DNA from: Spirogloea muscicola
Lineage: Eukaryota
NCBI GenBank assembly: GCA_009602725.1
Contig: WELB01000011.1
Location: 1,160,343-1,224,342, forward strand
Reading direction: 5' to 3'
Length of the DNA stretch: 64,000 nucleotides
The first letter of the stretch is position 1, and each line of letters starts with the position of its first letter. This document shows, in pieces, positions 48,901-61,953 of this stretch. A program made the translations under genes and the position numbers. The notes beneath the pieces were generated by a model. That model was not told where the DNA came from. It did not search any database and saw only the letters and a list, made by a program, of their open reading frames with translations.

Positions 48901-51900
48901 GGTTTTGTTCAGATATTTGTACCATACTCATGAGTAGTTGTCACTGATACTGTGGATATGGTGACTGACCGTCATGCTTACGTGACGCTATTATCGTGAT
49001 TGCTGCCTTGAGTAAGTCCATCTTCAGTGAAGTACTTAAGCTGGTGGTCACTCTGGCATCACTCCATGTATAGCAAGCTCCATTGGCCATCTTAATCATA
49101 AGACCAAGGTGGGCTTGGATTTTTGTGCAGGGGTCGAGCTATATGGAGATGCATATACGATCCTATAACAACTTGCTTACTGACGGGGGGCGCAGATGCC
49201 TCCGTCAAAGTGCACATCCTTGCCAAACAGGCACTTACAGGCGCACTGGCTACTGCATCAGCTAAACATCAGCAGTCAGGCCATCAAAAAGCAGCTGAAT
49301 TTCATGTTTCTGTTGCTGATCCTTTAGCAATCAAAGTAGACTGTTTTACTGAGCACCATGAAGCTCATGTGGAGCATAAATGCAGGCAGAGATCTCCTCC
49401 TTTATTGCCTGGTCGTGACTGCAAGGTGCTATGTCTGAGCAGCCATGTGCAAGTTCTATAATTTTGAAGTAGGCTTATAATCCGATCATGCCGACCAATC
49501 AGTGCTTGTTATTGTCTATGCAGTAAGACTGAGTATGTACGATGCCTGGCGCTTGCAAATTATCATATTCTTTATGTTGCCACCAATTTGGGCCTCTTAC
49601 ATCGCTACACAATTGCCACAGCTCAGTGGGCCACAATTGTACCAGCGGTTCTTGAGGCAGGCAGAGGTCCCATAGTCACGATGGATGTTCTCAATGGGTG
49701 TTATGACCACAACCTGTCAGCAGCTCGAGCATGTACAGATTCTTGCAGCATTGAAGATTTTGCACTGAGGTCACCTGCGTACCCTGGAGAGTCAACTGAA
49801 GGTGGTGGTGCTAAGACGCACACAATCGCCTATGGAGATGGAATGGGATATGTCACTGCCGTCTGCATGACTGCTGAGGCAGCGATTCAGATTATCTGGA
49901 GTTGCAGGTGGCAAAGCTACGGTCAACGGCAGCTTCTTGGGACGTTCTTCTGCAGGAAAGCAGGGAACAGGTGAAGACCATTGCATATATGAGTCCAACA
50001 TCTTCAGTGCTAGGTCGTGAGTCTGTTTGTGGAGTCCCTAGTATGAGGCACATCAGTGCTTGCTGTATTTGGCCATTGTAGTCAATCTTTTAGCCTGATG
50101 TCACTAAAGATGGTGCCTGAGTGATATTGGCCAGTGCGATTGCTCAGTGTTGAGCAACCAGATTGCTGCCGCAAGAACATGAGACAACTCAGTGATTGTC
50201 TGTTATTTTCTAAGGCATTGGTCTGCCACGGCTATATGCACATGCAATTGTGAGATGCATGATGAACTGCATAGTAACATAGTATTTGATGGGGTTGAAG
50301 CCGGAGGACTGCTGCCACTGGAGCACGGAATAGAGTGGAGATTTTCACGATTCAATGTTTTGAAAATTGTCGTACTTGATATGCAGCGTGACCTTTTGAG
50401 TGATTCAGAAGCCTCTAGCTCCCACAGCTTACCTATGCAAGTTGATCTTTGTTGTTTCACAGGACAGTATTTACCACAGATCCTTTTGGTACATTAACAT
50501 GGTGGGCACTTGAGAGGCTTATCAAGTCCGAGGAGGAGAAACATATGCAACGTCATCCCTTACTCACTGCAACAAGGGCTTTTACTTTCCCATCGCCTTT
50601 TGGGGCACGTATATTGTGTCTGGATCTGTGCAAGAATAAGGAGGTACGTAGCAGTGGCCTTGGGTCCTTGCACTTGAGACCTGGCAGGCAGGCTTTACTT
50701 TGATGCAATTTGGCTGCCAAGCAAGGCTATTTTCTGCGCTGCTTGGCTGTTAGACGGTGGAGGCACAGTCATCCTCTGTCACTTAGTCCCAGGATCCCTC
50801 CACTTGATTTCCTTGCGCAGCTTCTTGTCTGTGGCGACCAGAAAAGCAACATCCTTGTGTTCTCTTGCCCAGCTGCCGAGCTTGCCAAATCTCCGCCTAC
50901 ACTTGTGGCCATAACTAAAGCTGCACATGGTATATCAGCAATTCTTTCAGTTGCAATTTCAGAAAACATATGTGATGTTGAAAAGATCAGCATTTCCTCG
51001 GTGAGCAGGCTCGTTGCACAGAAAGTATCAAGCATGAGTTGCAGCTACGCTATCAACATTTGTGCTTATCTGTGACTGCCATTTCGTTGTTGACTTTTTC
51101 CTCCTATCCACATTATGGCCAACTATGCTACCTGCATGCCTGCTGATCCCAACTTCTGGTTACCTCGCGTAGACAGGGAGAGATGGCTGCATATGCCACC
51201 ATGTTCATCACAGTCAAGCATCTACAGGAAAGGCGGCAGCGATGACATGTTTTAGTGTCGAGCCAGTGCCAGGGATCACTGTAGTGGAAGCTGTGGTGAC
51301 GAAACAAGGCATGCCAGAGATAGAGGAGAATGATCATGAGCGCATGGCAGTGGGCTTCTCTGCGTCTGATTTTCTCATCTGGAGCCTCTCCAGCCAACTT
51401 GAGGTAAGCTAGTCTGACGAAATTTAGCTGATTGCTCTCTATGGTTCTTGCTTCTGATTTTCCTAAATCAGCAGCTTGTTGAGAAGCCTGCCACAAAGTG
51501 CAGGGCATCCTTGTCGTTGAAGTGATATCCAGCCCAACAGATGTCTTAGTCAGGTAGCCGTTGATACACATAATACACATAATACACATTGATACACAAA
51601 ATGTTCTCTTGTGAAGCTCCTGCGTGTCCCCTGTGGTGGGTGGAATCGCCCACATTCTGTTATTGTGGATAATTTACAAGCCTTCCGCCATTGTTTTGCA
51701 TATATCAAGGTTCAGTCCTTGTGCTGCTAGAGATGGTGTTACACTCCTCATTTAATGACCTGTTTGATTAGCAGAGTCAGAGACTTGCTTGCACCTTCAT
51801 CAGTTGTGCAATCTTAAATGTTTTAGACTTATCTTGTGCAGCAGATTGGCACACATTATTGGTGAAGATGCACAACCAACAGCAACATACAGTCACCATT

Positions 51901-54900
51901 GTGACCCTAACCCTACTTAGAGTTGGAGAGCCAAAGAGGTTACAGGCAGAGAATTGTCCTCAAATGAATGACTTGGCAAGCTTTTGAATCCTATTAGGTC
52001 TGTGCTTTTGAATTCACATGGCAGGATCAGAACATCCGTATACATCGTGAGGTGCCCAATCCTGCACATCAAGAAGATTCTTGTAGTGGGCAGGTTGTAC
52101 ACCCACGGTCTTTTCAGCTCCAATATCATGGGAGAGAGATACATACCGCTTCCTTCATAAGGCCACCAGCAAGGCACAGTACTCAAGGAAGTGGCCAGCT
52201 TCAAGTGTCCTATATTTTGACAGGATCAGAAGATGGTACAGTAAGGACCATCAAGTGAGGCCGATGATAACTGGCTCTGCATGCTTCAGATTCATATGCG
52301 AAGTGGGAAATGCTTATCCTTGTTTATCGTACTTGATACCCTGATACTACCGGACCATGTTGTAAATGTTGAATAATTCCAATCTGCTTTACTTGCGATC
52401 TATCAAAAGCTTTACTCTGATGCACTATAATTCGGTGCATGCTTGTGAAGATACTTTGCAGATGCAAGGACCAGTCAGCAAAAGCTGTGCTTTGCAAAAG
52501 TGCTAGGAGAGCTGGCAGGTGGTGCACCTGTAAGAGCAAGTGCTGTGGCAACAGAGATTGGCCAAGTGGTAGGCGAAAGTGTTGTATCATTGTATGTGAC
52601 GCCATCAGCAGATGGACAGGCCATCAGACCATCCGTGATCACCGTGACTGCAGGAGCCAAGGAAGGCATGGCCTGCTGGTCGCATGAGTGGGTGCAAGTT
52701 GCAGTGAAAGATGTTGGCTTGCGCTTGCCAGAAGTCAGCCCTCTCTCAAAACCACGACCCTATGAGCTTGTTTCGGGCTGGGTGAGCACATTCAGACCAG
52801 CAAGGTCAAAGAAGAGTCCAGCCCCAAAAGTCGAAGATGTGTTAGTTGACGACTTACTTATTTCTCCTGATGGGGGCTCATCTCGAAAGGGAGGCGATGC
52901 TGTGAAAGCGGGAGCATCAGGCTTTGAAGATCAAGAGCTGCCGCCCATTCACAGTGCTTCTAACACTAGGCAAGAGCAGAATGACCAGCGTATCATGGCA
53001 ATTACATCTTTCAGTGTTGGCAGCATACAGTCCCGGTGAGTCACACTCTTTGTTGACACGCAGTTGATGACCTGACATGAGTGACTCCAATAGAGAACAG
53101 AAGTAGGTAGTATCAGTATTCACTTCCAAGCACAATTCACCCATCTATTGACTTACATATCTTGGGTGCACTTTTGCTTTCACGTGCTCTTCATACTTTC
53201 TGAGGCATGGATGGTAGTCACTGCATGCAGATCATTGATTGTGTACATCGTCGCAGCCGTCTCAGACGCTCAACTTCGACTCCATGTATTCCATGCTGCA
53301 ACAGATACATGGTAAGATTTTGTTGCTTATGAAGCACTGGTCCGTCTTGTTCAGAAGTTGAGAACAGGGGCGCTGCTTTGATTTCACAAAGAAGCCAAAG
53401 TATGCACCATAGTGGACTGCACAAAAGGCGAGCTCTTTATGCCACATGAAGTGCTAAAGAAGCCCAAGCAGGAATTGAGTGGGATGAGCTCGTATAGACA
53501 GTAGTGATGTGGCTCAAATGCTGGTGGCTAGTCGTCCATTAGCTGAGCTCAATGTCGTCATTTACGCCAGGGCTACTCATTGGTGTGCACCTGTGTTCCC
53601 TGAACCAGGCACCTGCTTGCTGTACTATGTCATCATGCAGCCCCTGTGCTCTCACTCGCGCACGTCATATACTCCAAGAAGAAGCACAAAGCGTTGAACA
53701 GGCAATCTCAGGAAGATCTGCTTGGTAAGAGCTGTGTGAGCATGACCATCCTGATGCAGATGAGCTTGCAGGAACCATTGAGCATGGTGATTACACTAGT
53801 TGATCAAGACTGTCACTTCATGTGTCATTTGCCTTTTGCTGCAGAGGGGCACCGCTTGGAGGATCTGGCATTCATCGTCTGCAGTGGCGCCACAGATGGT
53901 GCTGCCGCCATCTGGGACGTCACATCCTCTGTCAAGTTCTTCCTGTCAAACACTGAGTCCTTTGTTTCTGAGCCACCCACTTCAGCCAGGCTTCCGCTTA
54001 GGGGCCGAGGCAGTCAAGGTGGGAGCCAGCCTAAAGCCTCCCGCACGCGCCGTACTGTCTGGCAGAGACAGCACATGGAAGATGTACACGGGGATGATCT
54101 GTTAAGGATAGCGCAGAGTCACCAGGGTGGTACTCCACTCTCTCGCCCTGCTCAACCTGTTGCCAAGACCAGCGTACAGCTTCCAGACTCCGCAGAGAAT
54201 AAAGGATGGTGCAAACAGTCAGCCAATTCATGCACGCAAAGAAGTGTAGACGCAACAGCTACAGATGCTGGCCTTGATCGCATGCAGGAGCTGGCTTCTG
54301 CGGTCAGAGTGCAGGGGGCAGCTGAAGTGGGCTGTCCAACGGCGTCCGCCAAGACAGCAAGATGCGTGATTGTACTGAGGCCCGTTCTGGTCCTTGACGG
54401 CATCCATCAGTCAGGCATCAATAGCTTGAGCATGGCTCCCACTCATTTGAGCCTGAGCTGCAAGCAGCTTGATAACCAGCAGCAAGATGGGCCCCTGACT
54501 CCGGGGGGGCAACTGACTTTAGTGACTGGTGGCGATGACCAAGCAATCCATCTGGCTGTGCTGCAAGTGAATCGTGAAAATTCGACTTCTCAGGTAGCTC
54601 CTCAAGGCCAGGATGTAGAGCTTTCGCTGCTTGAATCTGGCTTGAATGTGCAGCAGATGGTGGTGCACTGCATACATCGCAGATTACTTGCGAATGCGCA
54701 CTTCTCCTCTGTGAAAGGTACGCCCTGCCGTAAATTCACCATCACAATGAATACTTTGCAGCACACGGTGCAGCACAGGGTGCCAGATAGCCTACTTTAG
54801 CATGACTTGCTGGCATGAGGTGCATGCTGCTCATAGACTTGCATTGGGATATACACATGGACGAGTATCGACTAAGACCTTCTGTCCATGATGCTAGATC

Positions 54901-55329
54901 TGCTTCTGTACATGCCACTGCAGGAGTCTGGACAGATGGCAGGTTGGCTTTCTCAGCAGGTCTTGACCAGCGATTGCGGTGCTGGCACCTTCATCACGTG
55001 CTGATGAGCTCCCGAGGCGAACCTGAACACCAGGCAACAACAACAGGACTTTCCACAAGCGAGATCCTGCTTGAAGAAATCACAAGTTGTGTTCTCGATG
55101 TGCCTGACATTGGAGGACTGGATGCAGAACCAGCAGGGTAAGTAGCATACATGCACCTCAGCTTTGATGTGCATATACATCTGAGTGCGCACTCTCATGT
55201 GAGCTATTCAGAGCTTTGCACAGCTTACAACGACTTCATACAACTGACCCAGCTCCTCTATCCCGCAGTGAAGATCATCGGATTGCGGTTGTTGGCCGAG
55301 GCTTACAAGTTCTTACTTTTCACCTTTGA
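45914..55329 (+). CDS. WDR6: WD repeat protein WDR6/Trm734 (tRNA 2'-O-methylation cofactor; multi-exon, one apparent frameshift)
   Basis: EYVGDVSALCF, GIRIHGI, VFGERKLK, LEGHEGSIHRLSWSSDG..SASDDR, GHSARLWDC, CGGWNRPH, YHGREIH, TGSEDGTV, SGATDG, HQSGINSL, VTGGDDQAI, AHFSSVKG, SAGLDQRLRCW and VVGRGLQV..TGA. Confidence 0.88.
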
Positions 55330-55839
55330 CTAAAGTGTGCATGCAGAGGTCCTCAATTTTTGGTGTAACACTGTTGCGCTCATTGTAAGCGAGTGACCTA
55401 ATGGCCTTCTAGACTTGACATTCAATTTGGTAAAAAATTTCAGAAATTAGCTTACATGTGCAACATGCTTCTCATTGATTCTGTGATATCTATCATCATT
55501 CCTAAAGGAATAAATTCATATCAGTGCCCCAAATGGCTGCTCCCTCCTGCAGCGTGCTTACTGGTCACATACTTGTGCTTGATCTCTGGATAAGATATCC
55601 TTAGTGTACAATGCTTGCGCTGTACGACTGTAGTGTTCAATGACTCATTCCGAATTTCAGGCAGTACTTACTGTGTGCCATGTATAGATGCAGTTTGTGG
55701 GTTTAAACCCAATGGAGCCAACGGCAGCTCGCAGTGCGCCGCGGACCAGCAGTGTCGGGCGCCGGGCAGCTGGGTTGCCATGGCGGAGCTCGGCGGGCGG
55801 CGCTGCGGGCGAGCAGGCCAGGCGGGGCCTGTGGGCTGT

Positions 55840-57465
55840 GGGGAAGCGCGGCTGCTGGTAGTGGAAGAGCGGCTGTGAAAGCCAGGCCGGTGCATGCAGA
55901 TGGTTTCATAAGTCCACTAGCGGAGCCAACGGCAAAGCAAACAGGGCGCTCTTCGTAAATCGTCTCAGTAACCCCCCTCTTCTTGCCTCTGTACTCGGCC
56001 ATGCAGGCCCTCCATGAATAATTTCACACTCCTTATTCAAACAGGCTTTTCTGTATCTGGGGGAAATCTCACTGCTAGCTCGGAAGGGAAGCCGGGGAGG
56101 GGGCGAAGACGGCGCGGACGGGCGCCCATGCACGCCAGAAGCGCGACCCACCGGCACGTAGCAGCGCCTACTTGCCGAACACTTGCCGCCACGCGTCCCG
56201 TGCTCGGCCATGCCCCGCACTTTCTCGGTGTTGGTCAACGTTTTGTTGCCGGCGCGTGCTCCCCGCGCAGAGAGGGAAATAGCGGAAATAGAAGAACAAC
56301 GTGCTCGCCCCTCGAGGATAGGGGCTGGAAAAGGCAGCCCAAAAAGAATGAACAGAGTACGAGAAGGGGGCCAGGGGAAGCGCTAAGAAAAACAAGCACA
56401 GAGAGAAACAAAGCAGCTACGGATTACTCAGTAACCCCTGCTAAGCAGCCGCAGATCAGAGATGCTAGGCTCCTGGAAGTGGGTCCCCTGGCCAGAATCC
56501 TCTAGCGGAAATAGAAGAGCTCTCTCTCGCCTCCCTTTCGGAAGCGCTTCTTTGCCCCGGCCCCTTCGAACTCTGCGCATGCTTTTCTTCCTGGGCTGGC
56601 CAAATCACAGCCACTGCCCTCCACTGGAAGAGTCTTTCTCTCTCACGGGAGAGCCACTTTCTTCCAGTGCAGGCAATGGCTGTGAGAGGCCAGCCCAAAG
56701 GAAAAGAAAGGACGCTTCCAGGAGAGGGCAGTGGCTGTGACAAGGAAAGGAAGTGGCTTTCCCATTGGGGCCAAGGGCTGTGAGAAGCCAGCCCGAAAAA
56801 GAGTTGACAAGGTTCGAAAGGGGCCAGGGAAAGAACAGCACTTCCAAATTGCCTGGTGGCTGTGAGGAGGCCAGCCCAATGAATGGACAAGGTCTGGAGG
56901 GGCCGCATGGGAAAGCGCTAAAGAACAATGGGAAGCAAGTAGCCCAGAAGGAGTGAACAAGGTCTTCAAAGAGAGAGAAAAGGCGTGCAGTACGCATGAG
57001 ATGAAACGGAGGCCAATCAAGCGGAGCAAACAGTTGTCAGCTCTGCTGTCTCTCTGGCCCTCGTGTTCCCCTGCAGCTTCCCCCTGGCACATGCCCTGCA
57101 TATGCTTGTCATTGTGCCCTGGCTGCCGCCTGAGGCGTTAGGCGTGGCGACTCCTCTAGAGATGCTTTCTTCTTTCTGGCTGCTGACTTTCTTGACTTGC
57201 TTGCGGCTGCCGACTAAGAGTTACTGAGCAGCCTTCCTTGAGCAATCTCTTGCTCTCCTGCAAGGTATGGCTATCGACTCCTCTGAGCCTTGTTGATCGT
57301 GGGATGGTTTTCCACAGCCCTCGCCCCCTGAGGAAGTGCTTCACGGCCTCCGATTATTTGTGCTTCCCGGCCCATCGAAAGTAGCTCAATCTTTGTGGGC
57401 TTGCTTTCACAGCCATTGCCCACCTCTAATCGAGCTGCTGCTTCACAGCCAATCGCCTTCTTCAG
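55840..57465. mobile_element. Stack of retrotransposon 3' ends in both orientations
   Basis: F-type UTR after GGTTACTGA (55845-55978, -) and family A (56290-56495, -). At least six GGCTG..CACAGCC..GG..AAG tails lie between 56590-56900 and 57300-57445. An E-like end is at about 56975-57025. Confidence 0.78.
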
Positions 57466-57467
57466 AA

Positions 57468-57949
<482 letters not shown>

Positions 57950-58904
57950 NCGACGGATCCAAAACAGCGCTCAAGAACACACCGACTTGAGTGGCCACTG
58001 GGTGCTCAAAGTAATTGTTTAGTGGCCGCAGGTCAGGGAATAATGTCCAGGTACCGGGCAAGGAGAGGGCGAAAGCGGCTGGCTGTGGGCTGGACCGGGA
58101 GGGGCCGGCCGGAGAGCGCGATCACGTCGCCGGACAAGACCGGCGCGGGCCGCGGCCGGCGGACGGCCGGGATGCGCGGGCGCGGCGGCGCGCAGCGGCT
58201 GCATGCCGTCCGATGCGGCCGGCGGGAGGCGCTGCTCCCAGCCCCAGCCGCCGGCCGTCCCGTCACGGGGGAGGAGCTGCAGGCAGGCGCCGGGGTGGGC
58301 CAATAGAAGCAGCAGCTGCTCTTTGTTGAAGGCAAGTGGCTGTCGATGAAGTGGCTCTCCCAATGAGGGCAAGGGCTGTGAAAAGCCAGCCTGAAAAGGA
58401 TTGACAAAGGGTCGAATGGGCCACAATGACGGAGGGGCTGTCGAAGGCCAGCTCAATGGAATGGGCAAGATCGGAGGAGCGTGTGTCGGAAGTGAGACTG
58501 GAAGCGGGCAAAGCAAAGAGCCGTCGGGAGGAGGCCGGGGGGTAGCTCGGCCACGGGGCGCGCGCAGCTAGAGGCTAAGGCAGCGGCTGCTTGCGGAGGC
58601 GGCGGGGGAACGAGGGCCGAAGCGTGGACAGAAGGGGGGGGAGGGGGGGGCGTGCGCAGATGTCTGGGCCGGCCTGGCGAGGGGCGCGTCGGGAGAGCAG
58701 AGCAGGCGAGTCGCTGCGGAATGCGGTGATGAGTTATTTGTGGGGGAAGGGGGGCTGAGGTGGGAGGTTGCAATGACTTGTCGAATCGGAAGAGGGGAGG
58801 GGGTTGCGCTGGAAGGTGGGGGAGGAAGGCGAGAGGAAGCTTGGAGAGGCGGCGGCGGCGAGGGCGGGACGGCCTCGTCGCGCCGAGGGGTGGGAGGGGC
58901 GGGG

Positions 58905-59060
58905 GTCAAGAACGCGGCTGCGCATATCCAAAGAGCGGCTGTAAGAGCCAGCCAGGTGCATACAGAGGGTGTTCATGACTACATCACTGGAGCCACAGGC
59001 GACGCAAACAGGGCGCTCTACACTTCGGACGCCCGTGTCAGCAGCAATAGGAAACAAGAT
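58905..59060 (-). mobile_element. F-type retrotransposon 3'UTR fragment
   Basis: GAGCGCCCTGTTTGC..ATGAACAC..GGCTGGCTCTTACAGCC..GCAGCCGCGTTCTT aligns with 55845-55960 and 43230-43297. Confidence 0.75.
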
Positions 59061-59305
59061 TAGCGGAGAGGAGCTGGAGGCGAAGGGGAGAGCAGGCGGC
59101 CGCCATTGATTCTCACGCGCGCACGCCGAGGAGCTCCCCGAACCGGCGGCTGGTCGCTGTCACCGGGGCGGGGCGGGGCGGCCCGATGCCCCCCAGCCCC
59201 ACCTTCCCTCCCGATCGCCCCGCCACCGCCTCCTAGCGCCCTTGGCCCCGCCGTCGCGCCCCGGCCGCCGCCAGCGCCGCCGACCCTGGCTGGCCCATAC
59301 TCGAC

Positions 59306-61019
59306 ATGGGCAAGGACCCGTCCTCCTCCCAGAACGTGCTCAAGCTCCCCAAGGACATGCGCGGCCGCTGGTCGTCCGACAGGCAGGCCCTCGGCACCTC
59401 GACCGTAGTCGCGCATCTGCCGCGATTACTCAAAGCTGCGCCTTGCTTGTTGCGGCCATGTGTGCGGCATGCTGGGTGCTGGTCCTTCCTTGAGAATGTT
59501 GACGGGCTGCGTCGTGATCACAGTCGATCGGAGCCTGTTTTCGTGAGGACCCATCATTGAGCATGACCTCGGCTGCAGCTCAGCACTGTGCCTCGACTGC
59601 AGGTACAGAGCAGCACAGCTGAAGCTCGTGGACATCATGCACGCACGCGCAGCGACGCCTCAGAAGCCCATCTTGCGGCCGCTGCTTCGCGACGAGGCGC
59701 GCAAGCACATTGGCGACACCGGCCTTCTGGATCACCTGCTCAAGCACATGACCGACACCGTCGTCGGCTCTGGCGAGCGCTTCCGTAGACGTCACAACAC
59801 GGAGGGCGCCATGGAGTACTGGCTGGAGGCTGCTGACCTCATGGGGCTACGCCAGGTGACAAGTTGTTGCTCTACTGTCAACAACAGCTGCAGCTAGTTG
59901 ACATGCACATGAAATAGCGGCACAATGTAGTAAAGCAATAGCTGTGCATATCAGAAGCTGCAGATCTTGCCTACACAGCTTCTTGGAGGGCTTGATCACG
60001 CACGTTGCACTGCTCTGCTTCTCTGATGGATCTGCCCGCAGAGTGGCAACCACCCATTCAGCAGCTTTTAACGCTGCCCACTGCCACCTGCCAGAAAAAT
60101 GGTATCTTGGACCAGTTGTGGGTGCCTCCTCCTGGCTGGCGTCCGGGGCACCACCCATATGGACACTGCAGTGGGAACTGCAGCAGCGGGAAGCAGGTGA
60201 TGAGCACGAGGGTGGCGGCTGCGCCATCATTGACATCAGGTGCAGATGGTGGGGCCCTCTCTGACCTGGAGTGGCGGCTGACGGAAATGCAGGATGAAAT
60301 GACAGCACACAGCGAGGTATGTGGCTGCCACTGATGCAAGCACTCTCGGCTGACACACTTCATATTAGCCTTGGATCTGAGTGATGGTGCAATTTATGAC
60401 CTTGGTTGATGCTGTAAGCAGCTTGTGAAGAAGGAAATGGAGGTGGTGAAAGGGGAGCTTTCAACCCTGCAGGAGCGCTGCGCTATGCTGCAGAATGACC
60501 TTGATGCATTGGAGAACTGCCGCAAGGTAAGAAGGCGGTAGCTTGCAGTATGCAGGCTGCTGAAGCAGGCTCAATCGACTCCTCTGTTAATGCGTGCCTG
60601 CTAAAGAGGACCTACTTGACTAAGGCTGTTTTGCATGGCTCTTCCAATCAATAGACCCACAAGTAACAAATCCTTCGAGATCTCTCATGTCACCACAAAA
60701 GCCTTCGGGTGCTCTTTCATCCACGACTGTCAGCGTGATGAGAAGGAAAGGCGAGAGAAGCAGAAAGCGCTACTGTTCAAGCTGTCCCCTGCCATCTTGA
60801 AAGTAAGAGACTGATTTGACGATATTGTGCCTACTTTTGAGTGAATGCATAGACTTGTGAACTCGCGAGTAGGCAGCTGACGTTTTGTGCCAAGGTCTTT
60901 GCCAACTTGTTCAAGCTTGTGGATGTCACACTTGGCAGGTCCAAGAGCGAGTTGCTGGTCTGCAGCATGACGACCCTCAGCAAACGGCAGAGCTTGTCTC
61001 TCAGGTGCTTGCCAGGTAA
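59306..61019 (+). CDS. SWITCH1/DYAD/AMEIOTIC1-domain protein with C-terminal coiled coil (3' end uncertain)
   Basis: RWSSDR|YRAAQLKLVDIM..PILRPLLRDEARKHIGDTGLLDHLLKHM..GERFRRRHNTEGAMEYWLE..WVPPPGW is the SWI1/AM1 core signature. Confidence 0.88.
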
Positions 61020-61953
61020 ACCTCACACCTTTGACAAAGATTGTGTTACCACGGATGGCACCTTGGACAACTCATGTGTGCTCTTGTCAAGACAATGTGT
61101 TGGTGGTTGTTCGAAGACCAGTCTTTCCATCCTGAGAGTGGTGGTGTTGAGTAAGTTGAATGTCTCAACGTACAAGATGGTAAAAGCCAAAAATATTACC
61201 GAACTGTCACACTGTTACAGCGTGGGACTAACTATGATGTGGAAGGTGAAGCGCACATGCAGGTACGCCTGGCCTCCTCCTTAAGTCTGCCCCGCACTGT
61301 CTGAGCTTGTCTCGAAACGACTCCGGGTGCTCCAGATACAACTCATTGAAGGGCATCACACTGCTGTCAGCGCAGCTGGAAGCCTGGATAACGGAATAGG
61401 TCACAATTCCTCCATGCAAGATCCCACCAACTGCAGATCTCCCCAACTCTAATCGTCTGAGTATGACTGCGTAGTATAAGGTGCCATCCCATCAACCCCT
61501 TCGTACGGCACGAGTTGCCACCACTGCTCCTCTCTTACAGTAGGGTAGCATCAAGCTCAGGCCTGGTGCGAGCAACTTGGCAAGGTGTGGTAGTGCGTGA
61601 ATAGTGCGTGGTAGTGCGTGGATAGCTCTCTTGAGAAATTCAGGTCACGAATGCCTGTAGCAGCCACGTGCTGTTGACAGTGACATCTGCTTGGCTATTG
61701 TGAGGACAACAGCCCTGGGAGCATTGCGCGATCGTCTTTCATGCCAGCTGGGAAGCTGATCTACAACATGCTTCACGCTTGATGCTTCCAGAGTTTAGAG
61801 ATGCTCCAATAGTCTATCAAAGAACCCAGCAAAGACTCCTAGGTTTGAGTAAGGGCAATACTTGAAGACATAACTCCGGTCAAGGCTAAGAGCTTTAGCT
61901 GCAAGTAGACCACAAGCAGGACACAACTCGGTTTTACAGTCCTCTCACATCAA

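Noticed and set aside
56590..56900. CRISPR-like array of hairpin repeats
   Set aside because: The repeats are divergent, in both orientations and irregularly spaced. They are traceable to retrotransposon 3' ends, and no cas genes are present in this eukaryotic context.
61587..61625. Short 11-mer tandem repeat (TAGTGCGTGRN) and similar micro-repeats at 26254-26283 and 51563-51598
   Set aside because: Only three or four units each, consistent with ordinary slippage and with no further structure.
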